Source: Flectonema sp. DT1601 (taxonomy: Eukaryota). From it: a stretch of DNA of 64,000 bases. The stretch's first letter is position 1. The number at the start of each line of letters is the position of its first letter. Below the pieces are notes generated by a model. It worked only from the letters and a program-made list of their open reading frames with translations. It was not told the DNA's origin and made no database searches. This document shows, piece after piece, positions 1 through 12,406 of this stretch. The stretch covers positions 806,001 through 870,000 of the forward strand of contig OZ025780.1 in assembly GCA_964019425.1 (NCBI GenBank), read 5' to 3'. Made by a program: the position numbers and the translations under genes.

Positions 1-41
1 AGTAATAATTTAAAAGAAAAAAAAAAAAAAAAAAATCACAG

Positions 42-109
42 GACTAAATCCACCCAGAGAAATCATAAGCATGGCAGTGTACAGCGAACTAGCCGCTGAG
101 GGGAACTAA
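42..109 (+). CDS. Probable terminal exon of a gene starting upstream of the window
   Basis: An A-rich tract ending in ATCACAG (AG at 40-41) matches the intron 3' ends seen elsewhere here. It is followed by an open frame LNPPREIISMAVYSELAAEGN-TAA; the frame is not certain. Confidence 0.35.
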
Positions 110-475
110 TCGATGTAACATATTGGTTTCATATTTTCCATAACAAATATTAAAATTTTTAATATTTGTTATGAGAATCATCCATTTCTTATTTATGATA
201 ACTGATGAGAACAAGGCCAAAAAAAAAAAAAAAAAAAGTTATTTTTTGGTTAGAAATTATATGCACGAGAAACCAATTGTTAATTTCCTTTTTTTTTTTT
301 TTTTTTTTTTTTTTTTCCCCATCCTTTTGACAAAAAGTTATTGGATACTTAAATTAGAATGGGGAGGAAAAAAAAAAAAAAAACGGGATTTGATAAAAAG
401 GAATTTCTGTTGATACGTACTCGCTGACGCCTAAACTGCGGCGCGAACACATCCGATTGTAGCGAATTAGTTGTG

Positions 476-509
<34 letters not shown>

Positions 510-1219
510 CCCTTTCAATCCAATTGAAGAAAAAAGCAACATTAATACCTCGTTGGTAAGGTTCTCTTGTTTTAACTTTAGGCCCCCGTGTCATAAACTG
601 TGCCAACTACTATTGTTGTTTTGCTTTACGAGTTCAACCAGCGATTGCATATTTTCTTTTTTTCTCTCTCTCTCTAATTCTGTTCCCTGAAGGTTATCGG
701 AGCTCGATATTTCTCTGAAAGGGGTTTATTTATTACTGTTTTAATGTTGTAGGTGATATTTTTTCGATATTTTGTTTATTTTAATTTTATTTTTTTCCTT
801 TTTTTTTTTCTCGATACAAATATGTTTGTCTTTGCTTTCCGAAACCGTGTGATGTTTTCGGTAATTTCAATCTCCTAGGTTTACTTTATACTGGTTTTCC
901 TAAAATGAAAACTTTTTTGTTGTCTTTATTTGCAGGTGGCAAAGTGCGTGTGCCATTTTTTTTTTTTTTTTTGTGTGTTCGTCAAAAGATGAAAAGAATA
1001 TCCACAGCAACACGCGTGGAGTTTTCTATTTTTACCATTAGACTCAAAAAAAATAATTTTTTTTTTTTTTTTTTTTTTGTTTGGTAGGTTTTGCTGTTTG
1101 TTTGAAAAACTCTGTTTGCCATTACAGAAAACGACTAGCATAACTCCTCTGTATGTGATGTTTGGTAACTTTATAAAAAAAAAAGAAAATGATAATCACT
1201 TCCTCTTTTTCACAGAAAA

Positions 1220-2492
1220 ATGAAACTGGTACTCCGCTGTAGGATAATATCGCAGCGGAGATGGTGCGCAACCCCACCTGAACCCCCAAATGAAAGCAAA
1301 AAAACTAATAATGTCTCTGACACAAATGCAATAAAAATAAGAGCTGAGAGGATGAAAGATAGGATTCAAGATATGAGTGAAATGCAAAAGAGGTTCGATC
1401 TCGCTGGACCAACAGAACTACAGATGAGAGATAGCAAAATACAAACGGCTGATGACCTTCCTCCAAGATATCGATTCACTCCTCCAGTTCCAGCAAGGAC
1501 AAAAGTATACAACGAACACATTGCACGTGTTGAAAAGATTCCTGGAGTGAAAATCCTCAGAGGATCAGGTAATCGAATCTTAAAAGTAGACATACCTGGT
1601 GAAGCTATCACTAAGGCAGAACTTGATGACCGACAGAGAAAAATGACCCACCTCGGCTACCTCACCAACAGTATTATGTTGTCAACACTATTCGTATCTC
1701 TTTCATTTCTTTATGTTGTTTGGAATGTCTTATCAAGTGATCCTGGACCTCCTCCTAATGAACCCATGGGAAGTAAAATCTATCTCGACATCTATCAAGA
1801 AGATGAACGTGTTGGAACTGTCGTTCTCGGTCTCTACACTGAAAGATGTCCTTTGACATGTGAGAACTTCCATCGTTTGGCAACTGGAAACACTGTATGT
1901 AGTGTTATTTTATTATTTATAAACAATTCAAAAAAAAGAAAATTTCAACTTCTACACAACAGGGTGACGGAGCTACTTTGAGAGGATCGAACTTTTTTCA
2001 TATTTTTGGTAAGGTTGGAGTTATTGGTGGTGACTATGTCAGAAACACTGGCTCTGGAGGTCGTCCTGTGTTGCCATACTTTCCTGGAAAGAGATGGTTT
2101 CCGGATGAATTACCCGGTAAGGATCTTCCATTCTTTAAGGTATGAATTTCTAATAAATCAAGTTGTTACAACTACTCATATCCAAAATAATTAAAAAACA
2201 GGGTGCTCTCTGTTCTGTTGGACCTGTGTGGTCAAAGAGTCCTGGACAGAACGATTCTCTTTTTATGATCTCATCTGCGGGAACTATGAAACACAATCAC
2301 AGTTTTGTAATATATGGTGAGGTTCTATCTGGTATGGAATACATCGAATGGTGTACGCGAGTTAGAAGAAAAGCAGGTGCACCTGTCCGCCGTCTGTGGA
2401 TCAAGCGATGTGGAGAATACCATCATACCCCTGAAGAGAGAGAAGCAATGACTCAGTCTGGACCAGCATTCTTAAAGACGAGAACTCACTAG
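1220..2492 (+). CDS. Cyclophilin-like protein with N-terminal presequence-like segment and one TM helix (3 exons)
   Basis: Exons 1220-1894, 1963-2139 and 2202-2492; GT-AG introns 1895-1962 and 2140-2201 join in frame. Cyclophilin motifs: IYLDI..GTVVLGLYTERCPLTCENFHRLATG, GGDY..TGSGG, FPDE, VIYGEVLSGM. Confidence 0.85.
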
Positions 2493-2969
2493 CAGCTTTT
2501 TAATTTTCTAAAAACTGGCTGTTATTTCACACATTATCAGTAGAATAGGGTGACCCTCTTATTCGTATTCACTGGAACTTATTATTAATGACGAAGGCTA
2601 TTGTCATCTAAACAGATGTGACAGTTGATGAAATGTTAATTACGATTCAAAGCGAGAGTGTTTTTCACTCACTCGCATTCGCTTCTAGTTGTGGGGTTGC
2701 ATGCATCAAATAGTATCATTAAAAATGATACGTACCATTCTTATCATAACGTCATCAATTTACAGTAGTTCGGCTGATTTATTTTTCCATCGATCCGTAT
2801 CCATGATCTGTCTATGAAAGGAAATTGATTCTTATTCACCTAATACAACCTCATTCTCTCTGAGAGGTCAGGTGTGGTATAGGCATAGTTAGGGGTTTTA
2901 TTGTGACTTTTTGTGTATTCAATTATTTTTTTCAATAACAGGGATATCTATAAGAGAAATAAAAACAAA

Positions 2970-3363
2970 ATGTCTACAACTCAGTTTGACCATCAACTCA
3001 TTCAGGATCTGAAGAACAGACAGGCGGAACACCGTCAGTGTCTTGGAGAAGCCACCCGTGTATGTTTTTTTTATTTAGTTTTGTGCCTTCGTCCCAACCT
3101 GAATAAATAAAACAACAAAAACAACAGCTCGGGTTTGACCCAAGAGAGTCATGCGTTGCCACCGCATGGAGAGCCGCTGAGTGCTACAGAGACTGGGCCA
3201 GATACAGAGCCCCATTTAAAACCCCAGAGGTGTGTTCCTATTTCTTTTTGCATACAGAGAGCACTGGATAGTGATAATCACGGAAAACAAACTTAACTAA
3301 CAGGCCGAGGCTGAGCTTGCTGCATACAGAGCAAAGGAGACTAAGAAAGAAGTAGCGGTATAA
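2970..3363 (+). CDS. Small 83-aa cysteine-containing protein (3 exons)
   Basis: Exons 2970-3059, 3128-3229 and 3304-3363; introns 3060-3127 (GTATGT..ACAG) and 3230-3303 (GTGTGT..ACAG). Spliced product: MSTTQFDHQLIQDLKNRQAEHRQCLGEATR-LGFDPRESCVATAWRAAECYRDWARYRAPFKTPE-AEAELAAYRAKETKKEVAV. Confidence 0.75.
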
Positions 3364-3794
3364 ATATTATCACCTGTTCGCCTGCATTGAATATGGTTCC
3401 GTATCTCCTTTAACAGATTTCATTGTGGAGAAGTTTTTTTTAAAAAAAAAATATATTAAAATAAAAAATAGCAGCGAATCATCTAAGTTTGAACCAAAGA
3501 TTTCATTTTTTTGGTAAAAACTTGGCGGGTTGGGGGCATTGTAATTGTCCTCATTTCTTTAGTGGTACTTTTCGGGATTTCTTTTTTTACTTTTGAGTTC
3601 GTTTTTTTTACTTTGGGGCTCGTCACAGAACAAGGGGAGGGACAGTGGTTTTCCCTGATGGGAATTATATTTTTTTATTTTTTTGAAAAAGTTTTTTATT
3701 TTCTGTTTCAGTTGACCGAGTCATATTTAATAACTTCTTCTTTTTTAGTAAATCACAAACATCATTTGTATTCCAGGTGGTGACATCTCTTTGA

Positions 3795-5864
3795 ATGAAA
3801 TTATCACTTGGATCATGGGGAGGTGTTTGGTCTCCAGGTTGGTCACATTTAGTAGGTTTCACCATTACAGGAAGTAGTGGTTATTATTTATTATTATTTC
3901 ATAATAATACGAACGGTGTTTCAGCATTGATGACAGCTCAAGTAGGGTCAGCTAATGATATTCAAACCCATTGTATTGGTACCTGGAATGTTGATACCAA
4001 CTGTTCTGCCTGCATCGCTCTACACTACCCTTCAGATCCAAATAATACGACAGGAGCGGTACCCGGAGGATATGGTTTTATTTATTGGAAAGTATCAACT
4101 AAGTATATCCTTTATCACATTAACAATGAAGGAAGTGCTTCTCTAATCAGAGAAGACTATTTACACCGCACGTTTGATATTTTCATATCAAACGAAGACG
4201 CGACGTCAACAACTCCATCAATGCTCTGCTACAACAGATCAAGTGGTCAGTATTGTGTTTATTATATTAATCAAGAGCATAATGTGAGTGTTGCGAATGT
4301 TGGGATTTGGGAGTCGGGTTGGACTAATATTGTTCCAAAGAAACCGGCGCCTTTTCGTTGGAATTGCCAACAAGATAACAACTCTCAGTCATCAAATTCA
4401 GTGAAAAACAGATACTTTTGTTACAACAGTGAAAATGGTCGTTGTGCGTTTCAAAAATTATCAAAAGCTAATGATCGTGATGTCGTCCAGATCGGAATCA
4501 AACAACCAAGCCGTAAGAAAGACTGCATGATTCTACCTGTTGACTGTGGAGGTCGAGCCTGCTGTTTATTCTACAGACACTCCGCCTTAGAAGAAAGCAA
4601 TGCTGATTCTAATGGTCCGAGAAAGAGATCGTCTTCATTAGGAAGCATGCCGACTAATACTGATGAGACAACTGTTTTATTACAAAAGAAGATTCGATGT
4701 CACCGTCAAGCTTGGTCAGTTTTATTACCGTTACCTGTTCTTCCAGTTGTTGATGCAATTCAGATGCGTCACATCTTATGTTATAGTTTAGTGACAGGTT
4801 CATGGTGGATGTGTGCAGTCACTGCTGCAGCTGAAGTTAGAGCTACATCACCACAAAGAGTTATGTCACCAGAGAGATGTGTAATTTCTAATTCGTTTAG
4901 TCAGTGGCCTGGTGCTCCACATTCAAGACAGAGTCGGCCTTCTACAGCCCCGACTTGTAAAGTAAATTCTGGTATGACACCAAGACCTCCTTCAGGTATT
5001 GATAATGACCCTCGACCTACTCGTGTAAACTGGGAACGACCATGGACTCATCGCAATTGGGAAAAACGAGCTGCAACAGCTGGCTCCAGACGTCCTTCAC
5101 AAGCACCTGAAGATACCGAACTTTCTATTCGTAGTATCCTCCGCCAGCTTGGCAGCAGACCTTTCTACCGAAGTACTCGATACGCTGAGGCTGCTGAAAT
5201 AGCTCTGCGGAATGGTCAGTCGTCGGGACTCGAACTTATTAGAGATTCACGTCCTCCGTGGACATCCGTACTAAAGGATAACGGAATGACTCGTATCGTA
5301 CCTGACGATGTGGTGAGACCACGACAACCTAAAATAGGAATTTCGATGGAAAGATTATCAACTCTTTCAGAACCTGTTGACAGAGAGCAGTTCAAAGAAA
5401 AGATGTTTAAACAATTCGATAAAGCTATTCCTAAATTAGAAAATAAATTTACAAGTCAGCAACAGGAGGCATCCATTTCGAGAATGTATGAAAAAGAAAC
5501 TACAAAACGCTCAAGGAAGTTACAAGAACTCAAAGCGTCGTACGCTAAACGTGATGATGCTCAGATGGCTAAAAGCCGAAGTATTCTTCTCTCAGATCTT
5601 GTAAGCAGTTTGTACACTGGTCAAGTGTCCTCAAGGAACCAATCACTGCAGAAATCTCGTGATCAGTATCTCTTTGAACCAACAACAACAAAAATTAAAA
5701 ATCTCAGTGAACAAAATGCTGTCAACCAGCGACTCTACGGGGAATCGATGCGTCGATGGCAGACTCGAGAACGAAAACATCAAACTATCCTCGAAACACC
5801 TCTCTGTAAGACTGTCATAATGACTAATTCTCAGTGGCATAATACTATAAACAGACTTAAATAG
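3795..5864 (+). CDS. Hypothetical protein: N-terminal beta-propeller-like repeats, C-terminal helical repeats
   Basis: 689-aa ORF after a TTCCAG acceptor, with recurring WxxGW and LxYNxxxG motifs and C-terminal SRMY/SSLY/QRLY motifs. Confidence 0.75.
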   Translation: MKLSLGSWGGVWSPGWSHLVGFTITGSSGYYLLLFHNNTNGVSALMTAQVGSANDIQTHCIGTWNVDTNCSACIALHYPSDPNNTTGAVPGGYGFIYWKVSTKYILYHINNEGSASLIREDYLHRTFDIFISNEDATSTTPSMLCYNRSSGQYCVYYINQEHNVSVANVGIWESGWTNIVPKKPAPFRWNCQQDNNSQSSNSVKNRYFCYNSENGRCAFQKLSKANDRDVVQIGIKQPSRKKDCMILPVDCGGRACCLFYRHSALEESNADSNGPRKRSSSLGSMPTNTDETTVLLQKKIRCHRQAWSVLLPLPVLPVVDAIQMRHILCYSLVTGSWWMCAVTAAAEVRATSPQRVMSPERCVISNSFSQWPGAPHSRQSRPSTAPTCKVNSGMTPRPPSGIDNDPRPTRVNWERPWTHRNWEKRAATAGSRRPSQAPEDTELSIRSILRQLGSRPFYRSTRYAEAAEIALRNGQSSGLELIRDSRPPWTSVLKDNGMTRIVPDDVVRPRQPKIGISMERLSTLSEPVDREQFKEKMFKQFDKAIPKLENKFTSQQQEASISRMYEKETTKRSRKLQELKASYAKRDDAQMAKSRSILLSDLVSSLYTGQVSSRNQSLQKSRDQYLFEPTTTKIKNLSEQNAVNQRLYGESMRRWQTRERKHQTILETPLCKTVIMTNSQWHNTINRLK

Positions 5865-6170
5865 TTTTGTTGGGTGTGATGGTTCGTTTTTTTTTTTATT
5901 ATAAATTATGTTTTTGTTCTTACCTTCCTATAGATTAACCTGTCTTTGTTTGCAAGCGTCATTCTTTTCAGAAATTGGCGTTTTTTTTGTAAACATCGTT
6001 TTGTTTTGTTTTTAATTGTTGTGTGAGTCTTATTGCTTTCTAACAGTGAGTAGAAGTGATAACAAAAAGAATTAGCTGAGAGAGAGAGAGAGAGGTGAAA
6101 AAAGAAAAAATGAATAATTATTTTACAGCTAATTAAACATTTGTATAATACTTCCATTGAAATAATTGAC

Positions 6171-7118
6171 ATGTCCCGACCTGTAACTGTAGCTGTAAGA
6201 ACTACTATGAATGGTCTCACAGATAGAGTTCGAAAAGGTGTCGAAGCAGCTGGTCTTTCAGACCAAGTAGTTGTGATTGAAGATCGCGACACAGAACGTG
6301 AACAAGAAGCTGAAATCTTATTAGGAGGTCCACCTGATTTCGGACCACTATTAGAAACCAGTTTTAAAAAAGTAAAATGGTTTCAAAGCACCTGGGCTGG
6401 GGTTGATAAAATGCAATCAGTCAACAGACGAGACTTCATTCTAACCAGAGCAAAGGGAATATTCGGACAACTAATGGCTGAATATGTACTTGGATATATA
6501 CTAAAGATTGAACGGTTCTTAGACCACTCCACAGCATGTCAGAAACAACATCTCTGGGAAGCTACATCACATTATCGAACATGTAGACAGCTGTCTTCAT
6601 TAACGTTAGGGATTATCGGTTATGGTAGTATTGGTGAGTCTGTTGGAAGGTCAGCTCAATCATTTGGAATGAATATCATTGGATTGACTAACTCAGAGAG
6701 ACCAGATCCAATCACTACCACGTCACTAAGACATCTGTTAGAGAATTCTGACTACATATTGAACCTATTGCCTGAGACTGACAAGACTGTTGGTTTCTTA
6801 ACAGCTGATAACCTGAATGAATTTTGTACTAAGAAACCTGTTTTCATAAACTGTGGAAGGGGAGGCGTCATAACTGAGTCTGATATAATAAAGTCACTCG
6901 ATGACGGGGTATTATCATATGCTGTACTTGATGTCTTTGTTACGGAACCTCTCCCTAAGACTTCCCCTCTGTGGACTCATCCATCTGTTACTATCACTCC
7001 TCACATAGCAGCTCTGACTACAGCTGATGATGTGACACAGTTGTTTATTTCTAATCTTCAGAAATATTTAAAAGGAGAACCCCTTCAATGTATTGTCGAT
7101 AGAGATGTTGGTTATTAA
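6171..7118 (+). CDS. D-isomer-specific 2-hydroxyacid dehydrogenase (glyoxylate/hydroxypyruvate reductase-like)
   Basis: Motifs WAGVD, GIIGYGSIG (Rossmann), INCGRGG, AVLDVFVTEPLP..LW.HP.VTITPHIA. First ATG is at 6171. Confidence 0.92.
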   Translation: MSRPVTVAVRTTMNGLTDRVRKGVEAAGLSDQVVVIEDRDTEREQEAEILLGGPPDFGPLLETSFKKVKWFQSTWAGVDKMQSVNRRDFILTRAKGIFGQLMAEYVLGYILKIERFLDHSTACQKQHLWEATSHYRTCRQLSSLTLGIIGYGSIGESVGRSAQSFGMNIIGLTNSERPDPITTTSLRHLLENSDYILNLLPETDKTVGFLTADNLNEFCTKKPVFINCGRGGVITESDIIKSLDDGVLSYAVLDVFVTEPLPKTSPLWTHPSVTITPHIAALTTADDVTQLFISNLQKYLKGEPLQCIVDRDVGY

Positions 7119-7322
7119 AAACTTCCATAAGGAAGCCAATCTTGTTCGTTCGTTTCAATTGTATTTTTTTTCATATCGAGTGATTGCTTTTTTTTTTTTT
7201 TTTTTTATAATATTTTTACCTACACTTTTTTTAATCAACTGTTTATCATAGCTATAGTTTTATTTCTAATTCTCTTTTTTTTTTATCAGGTCTTTGGAGA
7301 TTTCACACAAAAACCGGCCCCA

Positions 7323-10300
7323 ATGAGTAGGAGGCCGGGCGCAACCAGCGCTGCTAATTTGAGTCGAGATGAGATTCTGGTGGTTCAAAGATTTGATTTT
7401 AAACATGCGATGAGAATTATTCGAAACGGGTGTCAAGATGGAGACTACAACATCAGCATCGCAGACAATGTTGTTGAATTTAAAGGATCATCTGGTTTTG
7501 TAGTCGAATTGACGGCTTCTACTACTGCAGTTATTGATTATGAAAGCGATCAGTTGGTATTGCAAGGCATTGGTATTCAAGGTGATGCTTCAACAAAAAG
7601 TGCAATCAGAAGAATCATTATTACTAAAGTAGAAAACTTAACACACGAACAACAACTTCATAAAAGTTTACGAAGGAGTCAGCAACACGAAGACTCAAAT
7701 GGATGGTCACTGCACGAATCACCAGTTTCACATCATCAAAGAATTGATTCAGGTGGTCCTGTAGCCGATAATAAATCATTTCGGACTTCTCCAAGAGCAG
7801 TTCCAGTTGTTTCAGATGTCGGTTTTAACCCGCCTCCTATTCCTCAAATTTCAGCGATACAAAACAGTACACCATCGCAACCTAGTAGTCCAATGGCTGC
7901 TGTTGGTGGTGGTCCGGGTAATTTAAGAAGAGCAGGTCCAGGTAGTGTTAAGGCAACTGCTTCTAATAAACCTCAACAACCATCGTACCAACCTCCTCCT
8001 TCAATTACTAATCCTGTTGTAAGTGTTGGTAGAAGTGATCATGAAAACAGTTATCAAAAACAGATGACGTCCAATACTCAAAATATAAATTATTCGATCC
8101 CTTCAGAAAGCATCCCTCGTGACATTCCTGAAAGAGATGTGAGCAGACCATACTCAGTTCAGCAGAGTCTTCCACCACCTGAATCTAATTATCAACAGCC
8201 AGTCTCTACGAGTTTTAATAAGTCGGATAAAAGAAGAGTAGTTGAAGCAAAGCCTGCTCCGGTATCGTGTATGCTCCCAACTTCTATATTACCACCGCCT
8301 AACATGAGACCATTTAGTACAATTGGGCCTTCTGTTTCACCTGTTCGAGTTGTTGATTTGGTTCAAGAACCTTCATCAGAAAAAGGAAAACTACTAATGT
8401 TGGTATCTGAAGACGCTGGTGGTAACAATTTAGTAGCATTGTATAATGGGCATTCTGAAGTTGAATTGTATGTTGAGACTTGGATATCACCTGGTATGAG
8501 ACCTGCTTCAACAGTTCAGAAATCAATTCACCCACAGTATAAAGCAGATATATTCTGTATTACTGTTCAACCTGGTGAGACTATTGAATTCTGTGTTGGT
8601 GGAACAGGTGAACCACAACCAGGATGGAAGACACAACCACTAACTGAAGTATCCTACAACAGAAGAAAGAAAGATCGTGAAACTCGAGTATTCGAAGACT
8701 ACCAACGACTCCAAGAGGTCGCTAGCACTGATGCCCCTGAATTGAAAGTTTTGGAAGCTGCGGTTGCTAAACGAGTTCCGTTTATCGATTTGTGGTTTTT
8801 GCCACAACCATCATCATTAGCAAAAAAGTTTGAACCAGCTCCACCAGCAGAGATAGATGCTTGGGGTAGACCAACTGTATTCTTACCACCAGGTCAGAAT
8901 GGTCAGTTATTCATATCAGAACCATCTTGTAATGACATAGACATGGGTGTTATGGGTTCTGCATGGCTTCCATGTTGTCTTGCAGCACTAGCTGAACGAA
9001 ACGACTTGAAATTAATTCAATCGATCTTTGAGAGACATAAAGCAGAATACTCATCTATGGGTGCTTATCGTCTTATCCTTTGCAGAGATGCTTGGTGGAG
9101 AGATGTTGTTATTGATGACTACGTACCTTTAGTTCGTTATCCAAAGAAATCACTCACTGATGCTCCAGCATTCTGCCATAACGTATTACAACCCAGAGAG
9201 ATGTGGGCAGCAATGATTGAAAAAGCATACGCTAGACTCTGTGGTAGTTATTCGTCTATTAGTACTGGTTATTTTCATGAGGGTATCTCTGACCTAACTG
9301 GATTTCCATGTGAAAAAATCAAATGGGAAGAACGCAAAGCAGACAACACTCTTCATTCTCTCATCTCATCAACGATGGCAAGCAATTCCGATACAATGGT
9401 TTTATTACATACTCCGAATGCTGATTCTGAATACGGTGATAAGGAAAGTACCTATGAGAAGAATGGATTAGCATTAGGTCATGCGTACATGATACTTGAC
9501 AATATTAATATATCAGGACACAGATTATTTAGAATAAGAAACCCATGGCCTGGTGTTGGTAAATGGAAAGGACGATGGTCTGATAACTCAAAACTTTGGG
9601 AATCCAATCCTGAGATAGCCGCAGCTACTAATCATTCTCCCACTAACAGCGATGGTACTATTTGGATTGCATGGCCTGAAGTCTTAGATTGGTTTACTGG
9701 AGGTTCTATTTGTTATTTAATCCCTGATGCAGGTGAGATACGTCTCGCATTGCCATTCAAGCCTTCATCACCAGGATTTGCTGTGGAGATCGTCGTCCAA
9801 ACTCCGATTAGATTATATATTTCACTCTTTCAAAAAGATCAGAGAAACCGTGAAGATCCGATTCCTTACGGCTGTATGAATGTCACTCACCTTCAACAAT
9901 CTCCCTCTGATGGAACTCAATGGCAACGAATGAGAGAAGACTACGAATGGGGCTCAAAAGATCTCCTTTCCATATTCGATCTAAATCCTGAGGACGGCTC
10001 AAACGTCTTTGCGATCCACGACTACGACGGAGGTGAGAAAGGAGGTAAGATTGTTGACGATATGGTTTGTGATTTATTATTATTATTATTTTACAAGAAT
10101 GCTAATTCTACAATCAGATTAGCAGCAGACTCACAATTACATAACTCAACAAAACAGGTTGTCGCACTTCACTACACACCACTGGAACGTGATGGTCCAA
10201 CCCCAGAAGGAAGTGTTTATATTAAGGTGTGTGATGGTTTATTCACTGATTGTCGTTTTTTATTCAAAAAAAATAATAATAATAATAATAAAAATAACAG

Positions 10301-10453
10301 GAATCCGGACCTGTCCTTGAAGGCATAAAATATAATCCTGTCTTCATAAAGGAGCACTTGACTTCGATAGAGGCTTACAGTCAAGTAAGACGGCACATAG
10401 CTTCACAAGCACAGCCAGTTCAGCACCAGCTTGTGTCACAAATTAGTTTGTAG
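7323..10453 (+). CDS. Calpain-like protein, catalytic Cys replaced, with DUF1935-like domain (3 exons)
   Basis: CysPc motifs FIDLWF, VVIDDYVP, EKAYARLCGSY, DLTGFP, GHAY, RIRNPW. VQPGETIEFCVG is a DUF1935-like motif. Introns 10065-10157 and 10227-10300; last exon ends TAG at 10453. Confidence 0.88.
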
Positions 10454-10741
10454 ATATGAATACCATTAGCCATGGTATATGGTAACGATGATTATTAATT
10501 TTTTTTGTACACTGATTTTTTTTTTTTTTTTTCAATCATCCCTTTTAGATTATTAATGTAAAAAAAAAAAAAAAGTAAGTTAACAAAGTATTGATTACTG
10601 CACGGATCAATAGTTCTCTCAAATCTAAAAGAAGAAAAGTAAATTGTAACTCTGTTTTCGATATTTTAGTCCATTTTTAGAATTTCATTTTTTTATTTTT
10701 TTTTTTTTCATATTATTGTCATATTCTTTTTCTCTGTCCCC

Positions 10742-10775
<34 letters not shown>

Positions 10776-11031
10776 TCTAATTATTCCCCTCATTGTAGTG
10801 CAGGTTAATAGAAGTTAGTTATTTAATGATTTTTTGTAAATTGTTGTGTTTTTTTTTTTTTTTTTTAAATTTAATTTTTTTTTTCTTTTCCTCCAAGCAT
10901 ACTGACACTCAATTAAAATTATAAATACCTCAGAGATTACTTGTTTGGTAGAATAAAGATAATTATGGCAGCTATTCCCTTGTCAGAAAAGTTATACATT
11001 TTTATTTCCACAACAGATAAGAGTCCCAAGA

Positions 11032-11535
11032 ATGAGCTTTGCTACTTGGGCGGTTGCCGCAGCCTCTAGCAGCGTGGCAGCCATGTATGTCGGTGAAAAA
11101 TGTACTAAAGAGAGAAGGAGGATACGAGGGAGTGCGAGGCCTGTGATAAAATCAAATGACTGTACAGACATTTCATCAAATAAGAAAGTAATACGAAAAA
11201 CAATAAATCGTCAACAAGTTCGAAGCCCTTCACCGAACAATTCCAACCAAAATGACGACCCCGACCAACTGTTTGGTCCGGTCGTTGGAGAGATCCCTCC
11301 AACTGGTGACAGTGTTGATGAAAAGATAGACGAGACGGCATTCATGTCAACTCCAGTACCAAATGATTATCCTTCACTTCAAGACGTCTTTGCTAAACAT
11401 AGTGGTGGAATACCTCTTCAGGTTCCATCAAGAGAAGAACAACAAAGAGTCTCTCCATCAAGCTTTGAATCCCCTCGAATCCAACGATCTGATACGTTTG
11501 AAAGAAACCTGCAAAAACATCTAAAACCTTCATAA
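11032..11535 (+). CDS. Hypothetical protein
   Basis: 167-aa ATG-started ORF just after an acceptor-like CACAACAG, with coding-like composition. No family recognised. Confidence 0.6.
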   Translation: MSFATWAVAAASSSVAAMYVGEKCTKERRRIRGSARPVIKSNDCTDISSNKKVIRKTINRQQVRSPSPNNSNQNDDPDQLFGPVVGEIPPTGDSVDEKIDETAFMSTPVPNDYPSLQDVFAKHSGGIPLQVPSREEQQRVSPSSFESPRIQRSDTFERNLQKHLKPS

Positions 11536-11609
11536 AGATGACAGCTGTTGTCTATTGTTGGTTTTTGATTAACAGCGCAATCTTATTGCTCTGTTTGTGA
11601 TTTATAATT

Positions 11610-11644
<35 letters not shown>

Positions 11645-12371
11645 AGCTATTAATTCTTTATTCTAACTTCCCTGTGATGAGGGCTTTACTTTGAATGAGA
11701 CACTGATCAATCCAGAAAATGATTTCAAGATGGAAGGAAAAAAAGAAAAAGAAGGGGGAAGTTACTGATGTACTTCTTTGGTAATAAATTAAACTTTATT
11801 CGTTATTGTTAATCGAGCTTGATGGTTCGATATTAGTGTGCTCTCTCATTTCAATGCCATCCACACAGTGATTAGGTATAAAGATAATTGTAACAGCGTA
11901 ACTAACCTATTCCTTTATTAGGATTTTTGTACCCCTTGGTTTTTTTTTGGGATACAATTTTTTTTTTTTTTTTGCAGGTCTTTGCGAACACTATTGTTTA
12001 GTTTTGTTAAGGTGACATAGATCAAAAAAAAAAAAAAAAAAACACTTTTTTTTTTTTTTTTTATTTCCCCGCTTCTTTTGATAATGTTGTTAAAAGGAGG
12101 AGATAGCTACTTCAAGGATTTATTTTCTTTATCGTCCTGAATTTTCCTCTCCTCTTTTCACAGATGTCATTGGCGCCAAAAGGTGAAAAAATGACAATAC
12201 TGGTGTGTCAATGAAATTTTCTTAAAAATTAATAAAGTGTCCGACTTCGGACGCATTTAAATTTTTTTTTTTTCCAGAGGTGAATTCAAATACGGCCCCT
12301 GGAAATAATCTTTCTTCCAACCATGTGTTCAGATTTATTTTTGTACTACAAAATAAAATGAATCGTGTCGT

Positions 12372-12403
<32 letters not shown>

Positions 12404-12406
<3 letters not shown>

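Noticed and set aside
171..1141. Short poly-Lys/poly-Phe ORFs here and in other intergenic regions, and antisense ORFs inside genes
   Set aside because: Artefacts of A/T homopolymer tracts or shadows of real CDSs.
11663..11768. Possible box C/D snoRNA (GTGATGA..CTGA..CTGA with a TAACTTCCC/GGGAAGTTA stem)
   Set aside because: The stem geometry does not flank the C and D boxes canonically, and I could not identify a convincing rRNA antisense element.
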